IMG/VR virus record: IMGVR_UViG_3300032085_000337
Span: 9,003 to 73,002 of that record
DNA: 64,000 nucleotides
Source of the DNA: a virus
Strand: one strand, 5' to 3'
Both the position numbers and the translations under genes were made by a program. Positions 38,248-47,620 of this stretch are shown one piece after another; position 1 is the stretch's first letter; every line of letters starts with the position of its first letter. Below the pieces are notes generated by a model that saw only the letters and a program-made list of their open reading frames with translations, was not told the DNA's origin and did no database searches.

Positions 38248-38928
38248 ATGAAAATCCTAATTGATGGTGACATCCTAACTTATCGTGCTGCGTTCTCTTG
38301 CGAGGGCCAGCCGATAGAGGATGCACAAGACAAGATTGATGAGATGGTAGAGGAAATCTTGGGGGCTGTAGCTTTTAGTTACACCTCCGAGAACTACGAA
38401 ATGTTTATCACTGGGAAAGGGAACTTTCGCTTTGATGTTCAGCCAACCTACAAGCAGAACCGTTCAGGCAAACCTAAGCCTGAGCATCTGCCAGCACTTC
38501 GTGATTATCTTGTAGAGGCCTATGACGCTAAAGTTTCTAGTGGGCAAGAAGCAGATGATGACATCACTATCCGAGCCACAGAGCTAGGCCCAGATGCTAT
38601 CATTGCTTCTATCGACAAGGACTTTCTGCAAGTCCCCTGCCACCACTACAACCTAAATAAGAAAACATTGGTTAAGGTTGATGGTTTTGAGGGGTTAAGG
38701 TTCTTCTACACCCAGATCATTATGGGTGATAGTGCTGACAATGTGTTTGGCATCAAGGGTGTTGGTCCAGTGAAAGCTGGCAAGATGCTTGCTGATGCTA
38801 CAACAGAGCGTGAGCTTTATGATATTTGTGTGGCTGCTTATGGTGGTGACACAGGTAAGGTTACAGAGAACGCAAGACTTCTGTGGCTACTGCGTGAGGA
38901 AGGTCAAAAATGGTCTCCCCCAAGCTAA
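38248..38928 (+). CDS. 5'-3' exonuclease (T7 gp6-like)
   Basis: IDGD, YKQNR, EADD, DKD, GDSADNVFGIKGVG. Confidence 0.92.
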   Translation: MKILIDGDILTYRAAFSCEGQPIEDAQDKIDEMVEEILGAVAFSYTSENYEMFITGKGNFRFDVQPTYKQNRSGKPKPEHLPALRDYLVEAYDAKVSSGQEADDDITIRATELGPDAIIASIDKDFLQVPCHHYNLNKKTLVKVDGFEGLRFFYTQIIMGDSADNVFGIKGVGPVKAGKMLADATTERELYDICVAAYGGDTGKVTENARLLWLLREEGQKWSPPS

Positions 38929-39305
38929 GGCGATCTGCAATCAAGGCTGGCTTTCGATCTGGCCTTGAGCAAGACAACTCGAAACATCTAGAGAGGTACA
39001 ATGTAGACTATGAATATGAAAAATATAAAATCAAGTTCGTCTCAAAGGCGAGAACGTACACTCCAGACTTTAGACTTTCGAACGGGGTAATCATTGAGAC
39101 TAAGGGGCGCTTCATTCCTAGTGATAGGACCAAGCATCTCTTGATCAAAGAGCAACACCCAGAGCTAGACATCAGATTTGTGTTTAGCAATAGCAAACAA
39201 AGGCTATCCAAGACATCCCAACAGACCTATGGAGGCTGGTGTGATCGTCATGGGTTCCTCTACGCTGACGGGTTGATCCCCGTTGAGTGGATGAAAGAGA
39301 GGTGA
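38910..39305 (+). CDS. Endonuclease I / Holliday junction resolvase (T7 gp3-like)
   Basis: FRSGLE, YTPDF, IETKGRF, DIRFVF. Confidence 0.93.
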   Translation: MVSPKLRRSAIKAGFRSGLEQDNSKHLERYNVDYEYEKYKIKFVSKARTYTPDFRLSNGVIIETKGRFIPSDRTKHLLIKEQHPELDIRFVFSNSKQRLSKTSQQTYGGWCDRHGFLYADGLIPVEWMKER

Positions 39306-39307
39306 TC

Positions 39308-39709
39308 GTGCCATCTAGTGCCCCAAGGGCTTGTCGTGTCCCCGGGTGCGCTGCCTATTCGTGTAGTGACGATAACTGTTTGGACAAAAGACAAGCTACA
39401 CATAAACCAAAAGAAACGGGAGACCCTCATAAGCGGGGGTCTCTTAGCCGCTCTAAAGCCTACAGCACCTCAAGGTGGCGTAAGGTGCGGCAGTCTCAAA
39501 TGTCTAAGGCCCCACTGTGCCAAAGGTGCTTAAGTTTCGACATGGTAACTATAGCAACTGATGTAGACCACTATGTCCCACACAGGGGTGACAAGAAGCT
39601 TATGTGGGACGCTAGTAATTTGCAGTCTTTATGCAGATCGTGTCACAGTTGGAAGACCCAAGAAGAACTAAAGGGCACATTCCACGACTACCGTAATATT
39701 GTTGCGTAA
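39308..39709 (+). CDS. Terminase-associated HNH endonuclease (HK97 gp74-like)
   Basis: PLCQRC, VDHYVPHRGD, NLQSLCRSCHSWKT; directly upstream of TerS. Confidence 0.9.
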   Translation: MPSSAPRACRVPGCAAYSCSDDNCLDKRQATHKPKETGDPHKRGSLSRSKAYSTSRWRKVRQSQMSKAPLCQRCLSFDMVTIATDVDHYVPHRGDKKLMWDASNLQSLCRSCHSWKTQEELKGTFHDYRNIVA

Positions 39710-39819
39710 AGACCAGCGCATTAGCAACTAATGTTTGTTTTGGTGGCGTGTAAAAACTTTCGATTGGGGCATGTCTTCCAGTTTACTTGAATATTCTTAA
39801 AAACATTGGAGGTTCTGCA

Positions 39820-40317
39820 ATGGCAGGCGCAAAAGGACGCTCAGGCGGACACAATAAGAAATCTATAGCTGAACACAAACTATCTGGCACTTATCGTGGC
39901 AACAGACACTCAGGCATCCTACAGGAGAACGCAATGCAGGTAGAGCCTGAGCAATACATCACCACCAGCAGCACTAAGGTTGATCTATTCAACCGCTTCA
40001 GTGAGCTACTGTACAACGAGGGCCTTACATCAGGTGAGGTCGATAGTCTCTACATCAGTCAGATCGTTGATCTCTATGATGCTTACACACAGGCTGCTGT
40101 TGTCTACAACACTGAGGGTGTGGCTGCTAAGGTTGGCAACAAGCTGGCTATCAACCTGATGATGGAGCTACAGAAGGAGATGCGTGTGCTGCTTGGTGAG
40201 TATGCATTGACACCATCCACCCGTGCCCTAAAGGAACGCACTAAGGACACTGAGCCATATGAGGCTGAAGACCCTGTAGCTGACTTCCTCAACACTAAGC
40301 CACGCTTGGTTAAGTGA
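39820..40317 (+). CDS. terS: Terminase small subunit (P27-type)
   Basis: GGAGG RBS; L.GT.R..RH N-terminus, EYALTPSTR C-terminus. Confidence 0.85.
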   Translation: MAGAKGRSGGHNKKSIAEHKLSGTYRGNRHSGILQENAMQVEPEQYITTSSTKVDLFNRFSELLYNEGLTSGEVDSLYISQIVDLYDAYTQAAVVYNTEGVAAKVGNKLAINLMMELQKEMRVLLGEYALTPSTRALKERTKDTEPYEAEDPVADFLNTKPRLVK

Positions 40318-40350
40318 ATACAACACAACATAACATAAGGACTACACAAC

Positions 40351-40695
40351 ATGGCAAACCTATTTATTACAGACAACCATAAGCACACAGACACTGACGA
40401 GGACTTGGACCTAGTAACATGCCTTGAGCACCCAAGGGTCACTAAGGTCACTATTATGCCTGATGGCACATTGGTAGCTGAGATGGCTAACATTGATGCG
40501 TCCGCTGATATTATCCGCAAGCAAGAGGGCTTGCATAAGTCAAACAAGACTGGCTTCCGTGGTGTCTCTATTCGTGGTAGTAAGTATCGTGCAGACATCT
40601 CGCATGGTGGCATCCAATACAACTTGGGTTCCTTTGAGACCATGAGAGAGGCTGTGGAAGCTCGTATAAAAGCTGAAATGGAGTTGAGCCAATGA
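40351..40695 (+). CDS. AP2-domain DNA-binding protein without HNH
   Basis: NKTGFRGV...YRADI...LGSFET..EA..AR..AE. Confidence 0.8.
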   Translation: MANLFITDNHKHTDTDEDLDLVTCLEHPRVTKVTIMPDGTLVAEMANIDASADIIRKQEGLHKSNKTGFRGVSIRGSKYRADISHGGIQYNLGSFETMREAVEARIKAEMELSQ

Positions 40696-40991
40696 AGGCT
40701 ATTATCTTAGCACTGTTAGTTTCTGTAGCCTCCACAGGTGCAGCCATGAGTGGAATAACCAAAGAGAAAGCTGAGAAGTGTGCTGGCCTTATGGGTGTGG
40801 TTTTGTTTGTGGCAATGGGCCGTGACTTTGGTAACACACCAGAGAAAGCCTACTTAGCTATTACAGACCTTGGTGTTTCACCAGAGGCTGCTAATGAGAT
40901 CGTAATCAATGTGTTCTACAAGATGAAAGACAACACACCTAATGAGGTTGCTGATAGCTTCCTCAATTACTGTATTTCGGAGGAAACATGA
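40692..40991 (+). CDS. Secreted/periplasmic hypothetical protein
   Basis: Signal peptide MKAIILALLVSVASTGAA; two Cys. Confidence 0.65.
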   Translation: MKAIILALLVSVASTGAAMSGITKEKAEKCAGLMGVVLFVAMGRDFGNTPEKAYLAITDLGVSPEAANEIVINVFYKMKDNTPNEVADSFLNYCISEET

Positions 40992-41515
40992 AAATAGGAA
41001 CCAAAGGCCTACAATTGATTAAAGACTTTGAGGGTCTAGAACTAAAGGCTTACATGCCTACCCCAGATGATGTCCCTACTATTGGTTATGGTCACACTAA
41101 GACAGCTAAGATGGGCATGGAGATCACTGAAAAGCAAGCTGAAGCTCTACTCAAGAAAGATTTAGCTTGGGTTGAACTTGCAGTAAACAAACGGGTCACA
41201 GTGCCTATTACACAAGAGCAATACGATGCTTTGTGTTCTTTCGTCTATAACCTTGGTGAAACTAATTTCGCTAAATCTACATTGCTAAGACGACTAAACA
41301 ATAAGCGCTACACTGAGGCTGCTGATGAGCTTCTGCGCTGGAACAAGCAAGGCGCTAAAGTCCTCCGTGGGCTGACACGCCGCAGGGAGGCCGAGAGAGC
41401 ACTGTTCCTATCAGAGCCTGATGCCCCTACCTCAGCAACCGCACAAGGCCCCCTAGCGGCCGTCTTATGGGTTCTAGAGGCTATCTTAGACGCTATTCTC
41501 AGTAAAAGGAGTTGA
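40988..41515 (+). CDS. Endolysin, GH24 lysozyme
   Basis: FEG...AY...D.PTIGYGHT, DALCSFVYNLG, GLTRRREAE. Confidence 0.93.
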   Translation: MKIGTKGLQLIKDFEGLELKAYMPTPDDVPTIGYGHTKTAKMGMEITEKQAEALLKKDLAWVELAVNKRVTVPITQEQYDALCSFVYNLGETNFAKSTLLRRLNNKRYTEAADELLRWNKQGAKVLRGLTRRREAERALFLSEPDAPTSATAQGPLAAVLWVLEAILDAILSKRS

Positions 41516-41516
41516 T

Positions 41517-41873
41517 ATGTTTGCATTACTCATGTCTTTAGTCAATCCGCTCGCTAAGGTTGCTTTGGACCTCATGGCTGCTAAGACGCAACAAGCCAAC
41601 GCTAAGACCGACCAGCAGCGAATTGAAGCTGAGGTGACTATTCACCAACTAGAGGCCCGGCAGGAAGTCCTTATTGCTGAACAAGCAACACGGGCGACAC
41701 GTTGGATTAGGCCTCTGTTTGCCCTTCCTTTCGTAGTCTATAACTTCAAGGTTGTTGTTTGGGATAAGGTTCTGGGCTTAGGTACTACAGACGTACTTTC
41801 AGAACAATACTGGCAGCTACAAATGATCGTCTTCGGGGCATATTTCATTACAAGAGGTCTCGGCAAGAAATAA
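41517..41873 (+). CDS. Putative holin
   Basis: RWIRP then TM segments, FGAYF; follows lysozyme. Confidence 0.65.
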   Translation: MFALLMSLVNPLAKVALDLMAAKTQQANAKTDQQRIEAEVTIHQLEARQEVLIAEQATRATRWIRPLFALPFVVYNFKVVVWDKVLGLGTTDVLSEQYWQLQMIVFGAYFITRGLGKK

Positions 41874-41890
41874 CTTTAAGGAGGCCTCTT

Positions 41891-42136
41891 ATGGCTAGAC
41901 GTACAGTCAAAGAGGTCTCAGATGACCTAGATAAGCTGATCGACAGATGCGACAACGTAAAGCAGAACATTAACGAGTTGGAGCTAAAGTTGGCTCTATT
42001 GCATCAAAAGGTGCATGTCATTGAGGGCAATCTATCAGGCGTCCTTAGTTCCTTCAGTTGGGCTTGGCGCACTGTTGGTGGTTTGTTCTTGGCTGCTTTA
42101 GTGGCCTTTATACTCAGCGGGGGTCTAGCTAAATGA
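41891..42136 (+). CDS. Coiled-coil protein with C-terminal TM (lysis cassette)
   Basis: AGGAGG RBS; heptads then hydrophobic helix. Confidence 0.65.
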   Translation: MARRTVKEVSDDLDKLIDRCDNVKQNINELELKLALLHQKVHVIEGNLSGVLSSFSWAWRTVGGLFLAALVAFILSGGLAK

Positions 42137-42537
42137 AAAGTAATTTGTTGTGGGGGTTAGCCCTTGGTTTGGTTTTTACTACGTTGACACAGTTGGTCTT
42201 ACTATTACTGTCACCACCAACACCCTACAAGGACGTTGAGATCACATCTGTTACACAGGTTGATGAGGGCTACATAGTTGAGGCTAACTTCATCAAGACA
42301 GCCTGTAAGTTTAGGAGACTGGAGGTCTTTGGTATTAACACAGGTGTCCCTGTTTACCTAAAGTGGGAGGCATTAGATGGCTCTCCTTCTACAGACTATG
42401 ATAGGTCTATTGGCAAACAGCATCTTATCATCTTAGCTATCACATCTGATGAAGATTATGACACACTTGAGATCAGGACACGCCATGACTGCAAAGGTGA
42501 GTTAGTGGATAAGGTCTTTGCAACCATTAACACATAA
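42133..42537 (+). CDS. N-terminally anchored periplasmic protein
   Basis: TM helix then beta domain with two Cys. Confidence 0.6.
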   Translation: MKSNLLWGLALGLVFTTLTQLVLLLLSPPTPYKDVEITSVTQVDEGYIVEANFIKTACKFRRLEVFGINTGVPVYLKWEALDGSPSTDYDRSIGKQHLIILAITSDEDYDTLEIRTRHDCKGELVDKVFATINT

Positions 42538-42549
42538 GGAGTAGGCTCT

Positions 42550-42844
42550 ATGAGCGATGACATATTTAACCTAGATGAGTTCGTTTCTCAAGAGCCTGTA
42601 GTTAAGAAAGCTAGTGCAGTTGAGGAAGTATGTAAGCTCTACGTCTACTTATGTGGACATTGGGCCTAATTACTTGTCTACACTTAATGGCGGCTCTGCT
42701 GGCCAAAGGGCTGAAAACGTGACCTTCTCAGCTACAACATCTATGTCCCAAGATGACAGGATAGAGGTGTGGATTAAGAACACATCAGATGACACTGATG
42801 TTACAGTCCTGAAAGCTGGTCAGTTCCAAGTATTCGAACGATGA
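42550..42844 (+). pseudogene. Possible truncated/frameshifted structural gene remnant
   Basis: RBS-led 39 aa ORF (42550-42669) overlaps an out-of-frame TNF/C1q-like fragment (42614-42844). Confidence 0.4.
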
Positions 42845-42892
42845 ACAATGGGTCTCCCTTAACGGGGGGCCTACAGCAACAAAGGAAACAAA

Positions 42893-43069
42893 ATGGCAGA
42901 CAGACGAGAGCCTAAAAGCCCTTATGAGCTACAACCCATCGACTATGTTATGTCGGCACTAGAAAACGCACTTCATTCAGGTTTAACCTTAGAGGAGGTA
43001 GTTGAGCTAGGTAACTTTGCTCAAAGCATTGAAGCTTGGGACTACGCAATTTCACTATACACAATATAA
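42893..43069 (+). CDS. 58 aa hypothetical protein (not in ORF track)
   Basis: AAGGA RBS, MADRREPKSP... Confidence 0.6.
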   Translation: MADRREPKSPYELQPIDYVMSALENALHSGLTLEEVVELGNFAQSIEAWDYAISLYTI

Positions 43070-43081
43070 GAAAGATACAAC

Positions 43082-43846
43082 ATGACGACTCACTTAGTAA
43101 TCCCGGATGGGCACTCTAAGCCCTCTGAAGACCTTGGTCGGTTTGACCTACTCAATAAGTTCATTAGAGACCTCAAGCCTGATGTTGTAGTTAACATCGG
43201 TGATGCAGCAGACATGCACAGCCTTAACACCTTCGATAAGGGTAAAGGTTCCTTTCATGGGGCATCCTATGAGAAGGACATCAGTTGTGCAGTTGAGAGC
43301 TTTGACCGTACATTCCACAAGGCCCCAAAGAACATCCGTAAGGTATTCTGTACTGGCAACCATGAGCACCGCATTACACGGGTCTTGGATCAATCACCTG
43401 AGCTTGCTGGTGACACTCATGGTGTCTCTATGGGTCACCTTCAGCTAGACAATTACTTTGATGATGTAGTCCCCTACGAGGGTGCAGCAGCAGGCACTAT
43501 TGTGGTTGATGGTATCATCTACGCACACTACCTAACTTCAGGTGCTATGGGTCGTCCTATCAGTGGCGACAACCATGCTCGTTCATTGCTCCTTAAGGGC
43601 CACATGAGTGCTACAGTGGGCCACAGCCACTTCTTTGATTACAGCACACACGTTGATGCTTCAGGGAGGCGTATGATGGGCCTAGTGGCTGGTAGCTTCA
43701 AAGGGCCTAAGAATGATGCCTACGCTGGCACTAGCGCACGCAACTACTGGCGTGGTGTTTGTGTTAAGCGCATGGTTAACGATGGCACTTATGATCTTCA
43801 AATGGTCTCTATGGCCCAACTGGAGAAACTATACAAAACAACATAA
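43082..43846 (+). CDS. Calcineurin-like metallophosphoesterase
   Basis: PDGH, GDAAD, GNHE, GHSH. Confidence 0.9.
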   Translation: MTTHLVIPDGHSKPSEDLGRFDLLNKFIRDLKPDVVVNIGDAADMHSLNTFDKGKGSFHGASYEKDISCAVESFDRTFHKAPKNIRKVFCTGNHEHRITRVLDQSPELAGDTHGVSMGHLQLDNYFDDVVPYEGAAAGTIVVDGIIYAHYLTSGAMGRPISGDNHARSLLLKGHMSATVGHSHFFDYSTHVDASGRRMMGLVAGSFKGPKNDAYAGTSARNYWRGVCVKRMVNDGTYDLQMVSMAQLEKLYKTT

Positions 43847-43856
43847 AGGAAACAAC

Positions 43857-45524
43857 ATGGCACTGGTAGCAGATGCAATTAAGTACGCCAAAGACATATC
43901 AGATGGTAAAATATTAGCTAATAAATACGTCCGCTTGCAGTGCCAATCATTCCTCAATGACCTAGAGACTAATCAGCATGAAGAGGGCTTCCGCTGGCAG
44001 TTTTCAGAAGAGCTTGCTAGTCACGCACTAGGCTTCATGCAACTGTTCAAGTACGTTGAGGGGACGGTAGCTGGCCAACAGGTCAATCTATCCCCTTGGC
44101 AAGCATTCTTGATTGCTAATGCTTATGGTTGGGTTGATAAGCTCAATGATGGCATCAGGCGCTATACACGACTAATCTCTTTGGTTGGTCGTAAGAACGC
44201 TAAGTCTACTGTCTTGGCTCTTGTGGGTCTTTATGAGCTACGCTTTGGCCCTGAAGGCTCTCAGCTAGTCACTATGGCTACACAGAAGGAGCAGGCTAAA
44301 CTTGTGTGGAACATGAGTGGCCGTATGGCTGAGACTTCAGACCAGCGCTTGCTACCTAGTTATAACCGCACAGTGTCCACTATCTCTAATAAAGACAATT
44401 GGACACGCTATTGGCCACTGTCTAAGGAAAGTAAGCGTCTTGATGGTCTGAACATTCGTTTGGCTATCATTGATGAAGCTGCTGCTATCCGTGACGAGAA
44501 CCTCTTTGATGTTGTTACATCATCTATGGGTTCGCAGTTGTCACCACAAACTTGGATGATCACTACAGGTCAGACGGGGGCTGAGAGTAACCCTTTTATG
44601 AAGTCTTTAGACTACGGTAAGAAGGCGCTTGATGGTGTAGTTGATGACCAGCGTGTGTTCACACTAGCTTATCATATTGATGAAGATGATGACTGGAATG
44701 ACCCTACGGTTTGGATCAAAGCTAACCCTAATCTTGGCATCAGTGTCTCTGAAGAGTTCTTGATGGAAGAGATGAAGGAAGCTGAGAACATCCCTAGCAA
44801 AGCTGTTAATTTCAAAGTGAAATACTGCAACCAATTCCTTAGCACTGCGGAAGCTTGGTTGGACGTAGCTTTGTGGAACAAGTGTACAACCTCTAAGCTG
44901 CCCACTGAGGGCCTCCCTCTTTATGTTGGCATGGACTTAGGCGCAACATCAGACTTAACCGCTGTGGCTCTTCTATGGGACGCTGATGGCACTTACTATG
45001 TTGACTTCAGGGCTTGGATACCTGAAGAGGCATTTAAGTCCTGTCCTAAGCATGTGAGGTCTGTTTATGACCAAGCTGCTGAGAGTGGCCACCTAGTTAT
45101 CACTGAGGGTGACGTAGCTGACCACAATGCTGTTTACGACTACCTAACTGAACTAGCAGAACTTGAGCAAGTCAAGGAGATAGCTTTTGATAGCTGGTCA
45201 GCAGTACACCTGACTTCTAGGCTTACTGAAGCTGGCCTGCCCATGGTGCGCTACGACCAGAGCATGAAAGCTATGTCTCCAGCTTCTAAGGAGGCTGAGA
45301 TACTCATTCGCAATAGGTCTATCCAACACCTTGGGAAGCCTTTCTTTGGTTGGTGTTTTAATAACTGTGAGCTTTACACAGATGCTAATGAGAACATCAA
45401 GGTGCGTAAGGGGCCAGACCCAGCGCTCAAGATTGACCCTATTATCGCTATGATTATGGCTGTTGGCCGAGCTACACTTCAACAGGCTGAGAAGCCAAAG
45501 AAGTTCAGCTTCTATATAGATTAA
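43857..45524 (+). CDS. terL: Terminase large subunit (HK97/cos type)
   Basis: GRKNAKS, LDGLN...IIDE, ITTG, GMDLG..SDLTA, KIDP; start re-called to ATG 43857. Confidence 0.94.
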   Translation: MALVADAIKYAKDISDGKILANKYVRLQCQSFLNDLETNQHEEGFRWQFSEELASHALGFMQLFKYVEGTVAGQQVNLSPWQAFLIANAYGWVDKLNDGIRRYTRLISLVGRKNAKSTVLALVGLYELRFGPEGSQLVTMATQKEQAKLVWNMSGRMAETSDQRLLPSYNRTVSTISNKDNWTRYWPLSKESKRLDGLNIRLAIIDEAAAIRDENLFDVVTSSMGSQLSPQTWMITTGQTGAESNPFMKSLDYGKKALDGVVDDQRVFTLAYHIDEDDDWNDPTVWIKANPNLGISVSEEFLMEEMKEAENIPSKAVNFKVKYCNQFLSTAEAWLDVALWNKCTTSKLPTEGLPLYVGMDLGATSDLTAVALLWDADGTYYVDFRAWIPEEAFKSCPKHVRSVYDQAAESGHLVITEGDVADHNAVYDYLTELAELEQVKEIAFDSWSAVHLTSRLTEAGLPMVRYDQSMKAMSPASKEAEILIRNRSIQHLGKPFFGWCFNNCELYTDANENIKVRKGPDPALKIDPIIAMIMAVGRATLQQAEKPKKFSFYID

Positions 45525-45539
45525 CCAAAGGAGGCATAA

Positions 45540-46730
45540 ATGCCATCACTTTTAGATTGGCTACGGCCTTCAACTGTCACAGATGACGTCCCAACAACAA
45601 ACAGCAACTTTACCTTCTCTATTGCAGCTAACCCTAATAGTGCAGTTGAGGTGACACCTGAGAACGCTATGACTAACGCTACGGTGTTTACATGTCTTAG
45701 TGTCCTTGGGACTGCTGTATCACAACTCCCGGTAGCTGTAATGAAAGAGGGCGATAAGTCCTTCTCACCAGTTAAGCACTACGTTAACGATTTGCTTAAG
45801 AAGCCTAACGCTTCCCAAAGTCAATACGAGTTCCTCTACGGTATTGTGGTGGACCTTATGCTCTACGGCAACTGCTACATCCAGAAGATCACCACAAGCT
45901 CTGGTAAGGTCATTGAGTTGGTCCCATTGCCAGCCAATGAGGTTGAGACCGTGTTGTCTATCTCAGGCAAGCGCACGTTTATCTTGAATAAGAAGGTCTA
46001 CACAGAGAAAGAGATCATTCACCTTCGTGACTTTGTTGGACAAGAGGCTCAAGGTCTTTCTCGTGTTAAGCAGACAGCCCGTCTGGTGGCTATAGACAAT
46101 GCTATTGACGTTCTTATCGCCGATACCTTTGTCAACGGCACTAGTGCCTCTGGCATCGTTAGTTTCCCTGATGATGTTGAGCCTGCCACAGCCCAAGCGT
46201 TTACAGACGCATGGTCACGCAAGTTCGGCAAAGGTGGCACTACTCGTGGTTCTGTGGCTGTCATTGGTGGTGGGGCAACCTTCCAACAACTTTCACCACT
46301 AAGCCCTGCTGATGGTGACATCCAGTCACTGAAGGAACAGACTACAGCCCGCATTGGTGCTGTCTTCCGTATCCCTTCGCACATGCTGGAGATATTCAGT
46401 GGCGCTAAGTACAGCAACGTACAGGTCCGCAATACAGCTTTCTATCGTGATAGCATTGCCCCACTAACAACCTTGATTGAGCAGAAGCTGACTTTTGGTC
46501 TTCTTGGTGACAGTGGCTTAACTATCCGCTTTGATGCTGCTGACTTGCTTCGTGGTGATCTTCAGCAAGCCACTACTGTGGCTGTAGACGCTGTGGGTGC
46601 TGGGCTGCTTAGCGTTGATGAGGCCCGTGCCCTTATGGGTTACAGTCCTATGGCTGAAGAGGATAAACCTAAGCCGCCACAACAAATACCAACACAAGAG
46701 GAGGTACAAGAAGATGTGGATGATTCGTAG
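45540..46730 (+). CDS. HK97-family portal protein
   Basis: LLKKPN, LYGNCY, EIIHLR, FRIPSHML, DEAR. Confidence 0.92.
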   Translation: MPSLLDWLRPSTVTDDVPTTNSNFTFSIAANPNSAVEVTPENAMTNATVFTCLSVLGTAVSQLPVAVMKEGDKSFSPVKHYVNDLLKKPNASQSQYEFLYGIVVDLMLYGNCYIQKITTSSGKVIELVPLPANEVETVLSISGKRTFILNKKVYTEKEIIHLRDFVGQEAQGLSRVKQTARLVAIDNAIDVLIADTFVNGTSASGIVSFPDDVEPATAQAFTDAWSRKFGKGGTTRGSVAVIGGGATFQQLSPLSPADGDIQSLKEQTTARIGAVFRIPSHMLEIFSGAKYSNVQVRNTAFYRDSIAPLTTLIEQKLTFGLLGDSGLTIRFDAADLLRGDLQQATTVAVDAVGAGLLSVDEARALMGYSPMAEEDKPKPPQQIPTQEEVQEDVDDS

Positions 46731-46881
46731 GCCAACAGGCACAATCTACTCACGCAAGACCCTTGCTGGTCTAAAGGCAGCGTATGGTGGAAACAAGAAA
46801 GAGCTAGAGGCCCAAGGTTGGCTTTTCGTTAATCTTGAGGAACCTAAGAAGAAGGAAGAAACCGTTGCAGATGATAAGTAA
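46714..46881 (+). CDS. Small hypothetical protein between portal and protease
   Basis: GAGGAGG RBS before ATG 46714. Confidence 0.5.
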   Translation: MWMIRRPTGTIYSRKTLAGLKAAYGGNKKELEAQGWLFVNLEEPKKKEETVADDK

Positions 46882-47509
46882 ATCTATACCGTTGCAGATT
46901 GAGGCTAAGGCTGATGCTCCAGCGGGGACAATCTCAGCTTATCTTACAACCTTTGGTAACTCTGATGTTGTCTCTGACATCATGGCTAAGGGTTCCCTTG
47001 ATAAGTTTATTGCTAAGTTCAATCCACAAGCCAAGAAGCTCCCAATGTTCTACGAGCATGACCACACATCTATCATTGGTGAGTGGACAGGGCTTAAGGC
47101 TGATGAACATGGTGTAGTTGGCGAGGGTGTTCTTTACACTGAGACTACCAAAGGCTCTGATGTTTACAAGCTAATGAAGCGTAACGCTGTTAGCTCTGTC
47201 TCCATTGGCTTTCGTAGCTCAGACTTTGAAAAGAATGATGATGGTGGACGCACGTTCAAGGAGATTGAGCTTGTAGAGACCTCTGTGGTCCTTAACCCTG
47301 CTAATGACCAAGCACAGATCATGTCCGTTAAATCTGATGATGGCTACATTGAAACAGCAGCGCTTAAGAAACACCTGATTGAAGGTGGTTTGACTAAGGC
47401 TGAATGTGAAGCCCTGTTCCTTAACGGATGGAAAGGCCTAAAGATGCTCCGTGAGACGGACATCAAGGCAGAAACACTAGCTGAAGCACTTAAGCGCTTT
47501 AAGCTGTAA
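46871..47509 (+). CDS. HK97-family prohead protease
   Basis: MFYEHD..IIGEW, SIGF, LVETSVVLNPAN; start re-called. Confidence 0.92.
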   Translation: MISKSIPLQIEAKADAPAGTISAYLTTFGNSDVVSDIMAKGSLDKFIAKFNPQAKKLPMFYEHDHTSIIGEWTGLKADEHGVVGEGVLYTETTKGSDVYKLMKRNAVSSVSIGFRSSDFEKNDDGGRTFKEIELVETSVVLNPANDQAQIMSVKSDDGYIETAALKKHLIEGGLTKAECEALFLNGWKGLKMLRETDIKAETLAEALKRFKL

Positions 47510-47620
47510 CCAGTTTGGGGCGGAATGCTCTAATATCACCCTACCAACCCAAAACCCTATAAGACTATTTGTGCAGTGGAATACTGCCTTTGTGTCTCTA
47601 TCATCTCTGAAAGGATGAAC

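Noticed and set aside
43713-43856. Extended TerL start (also over-long starts at 47576, 46835, 60613, 63132, 39787)
   Set aside because: Downstream ATGs have clear RBSs and avoid long overlaps or structured leaders.
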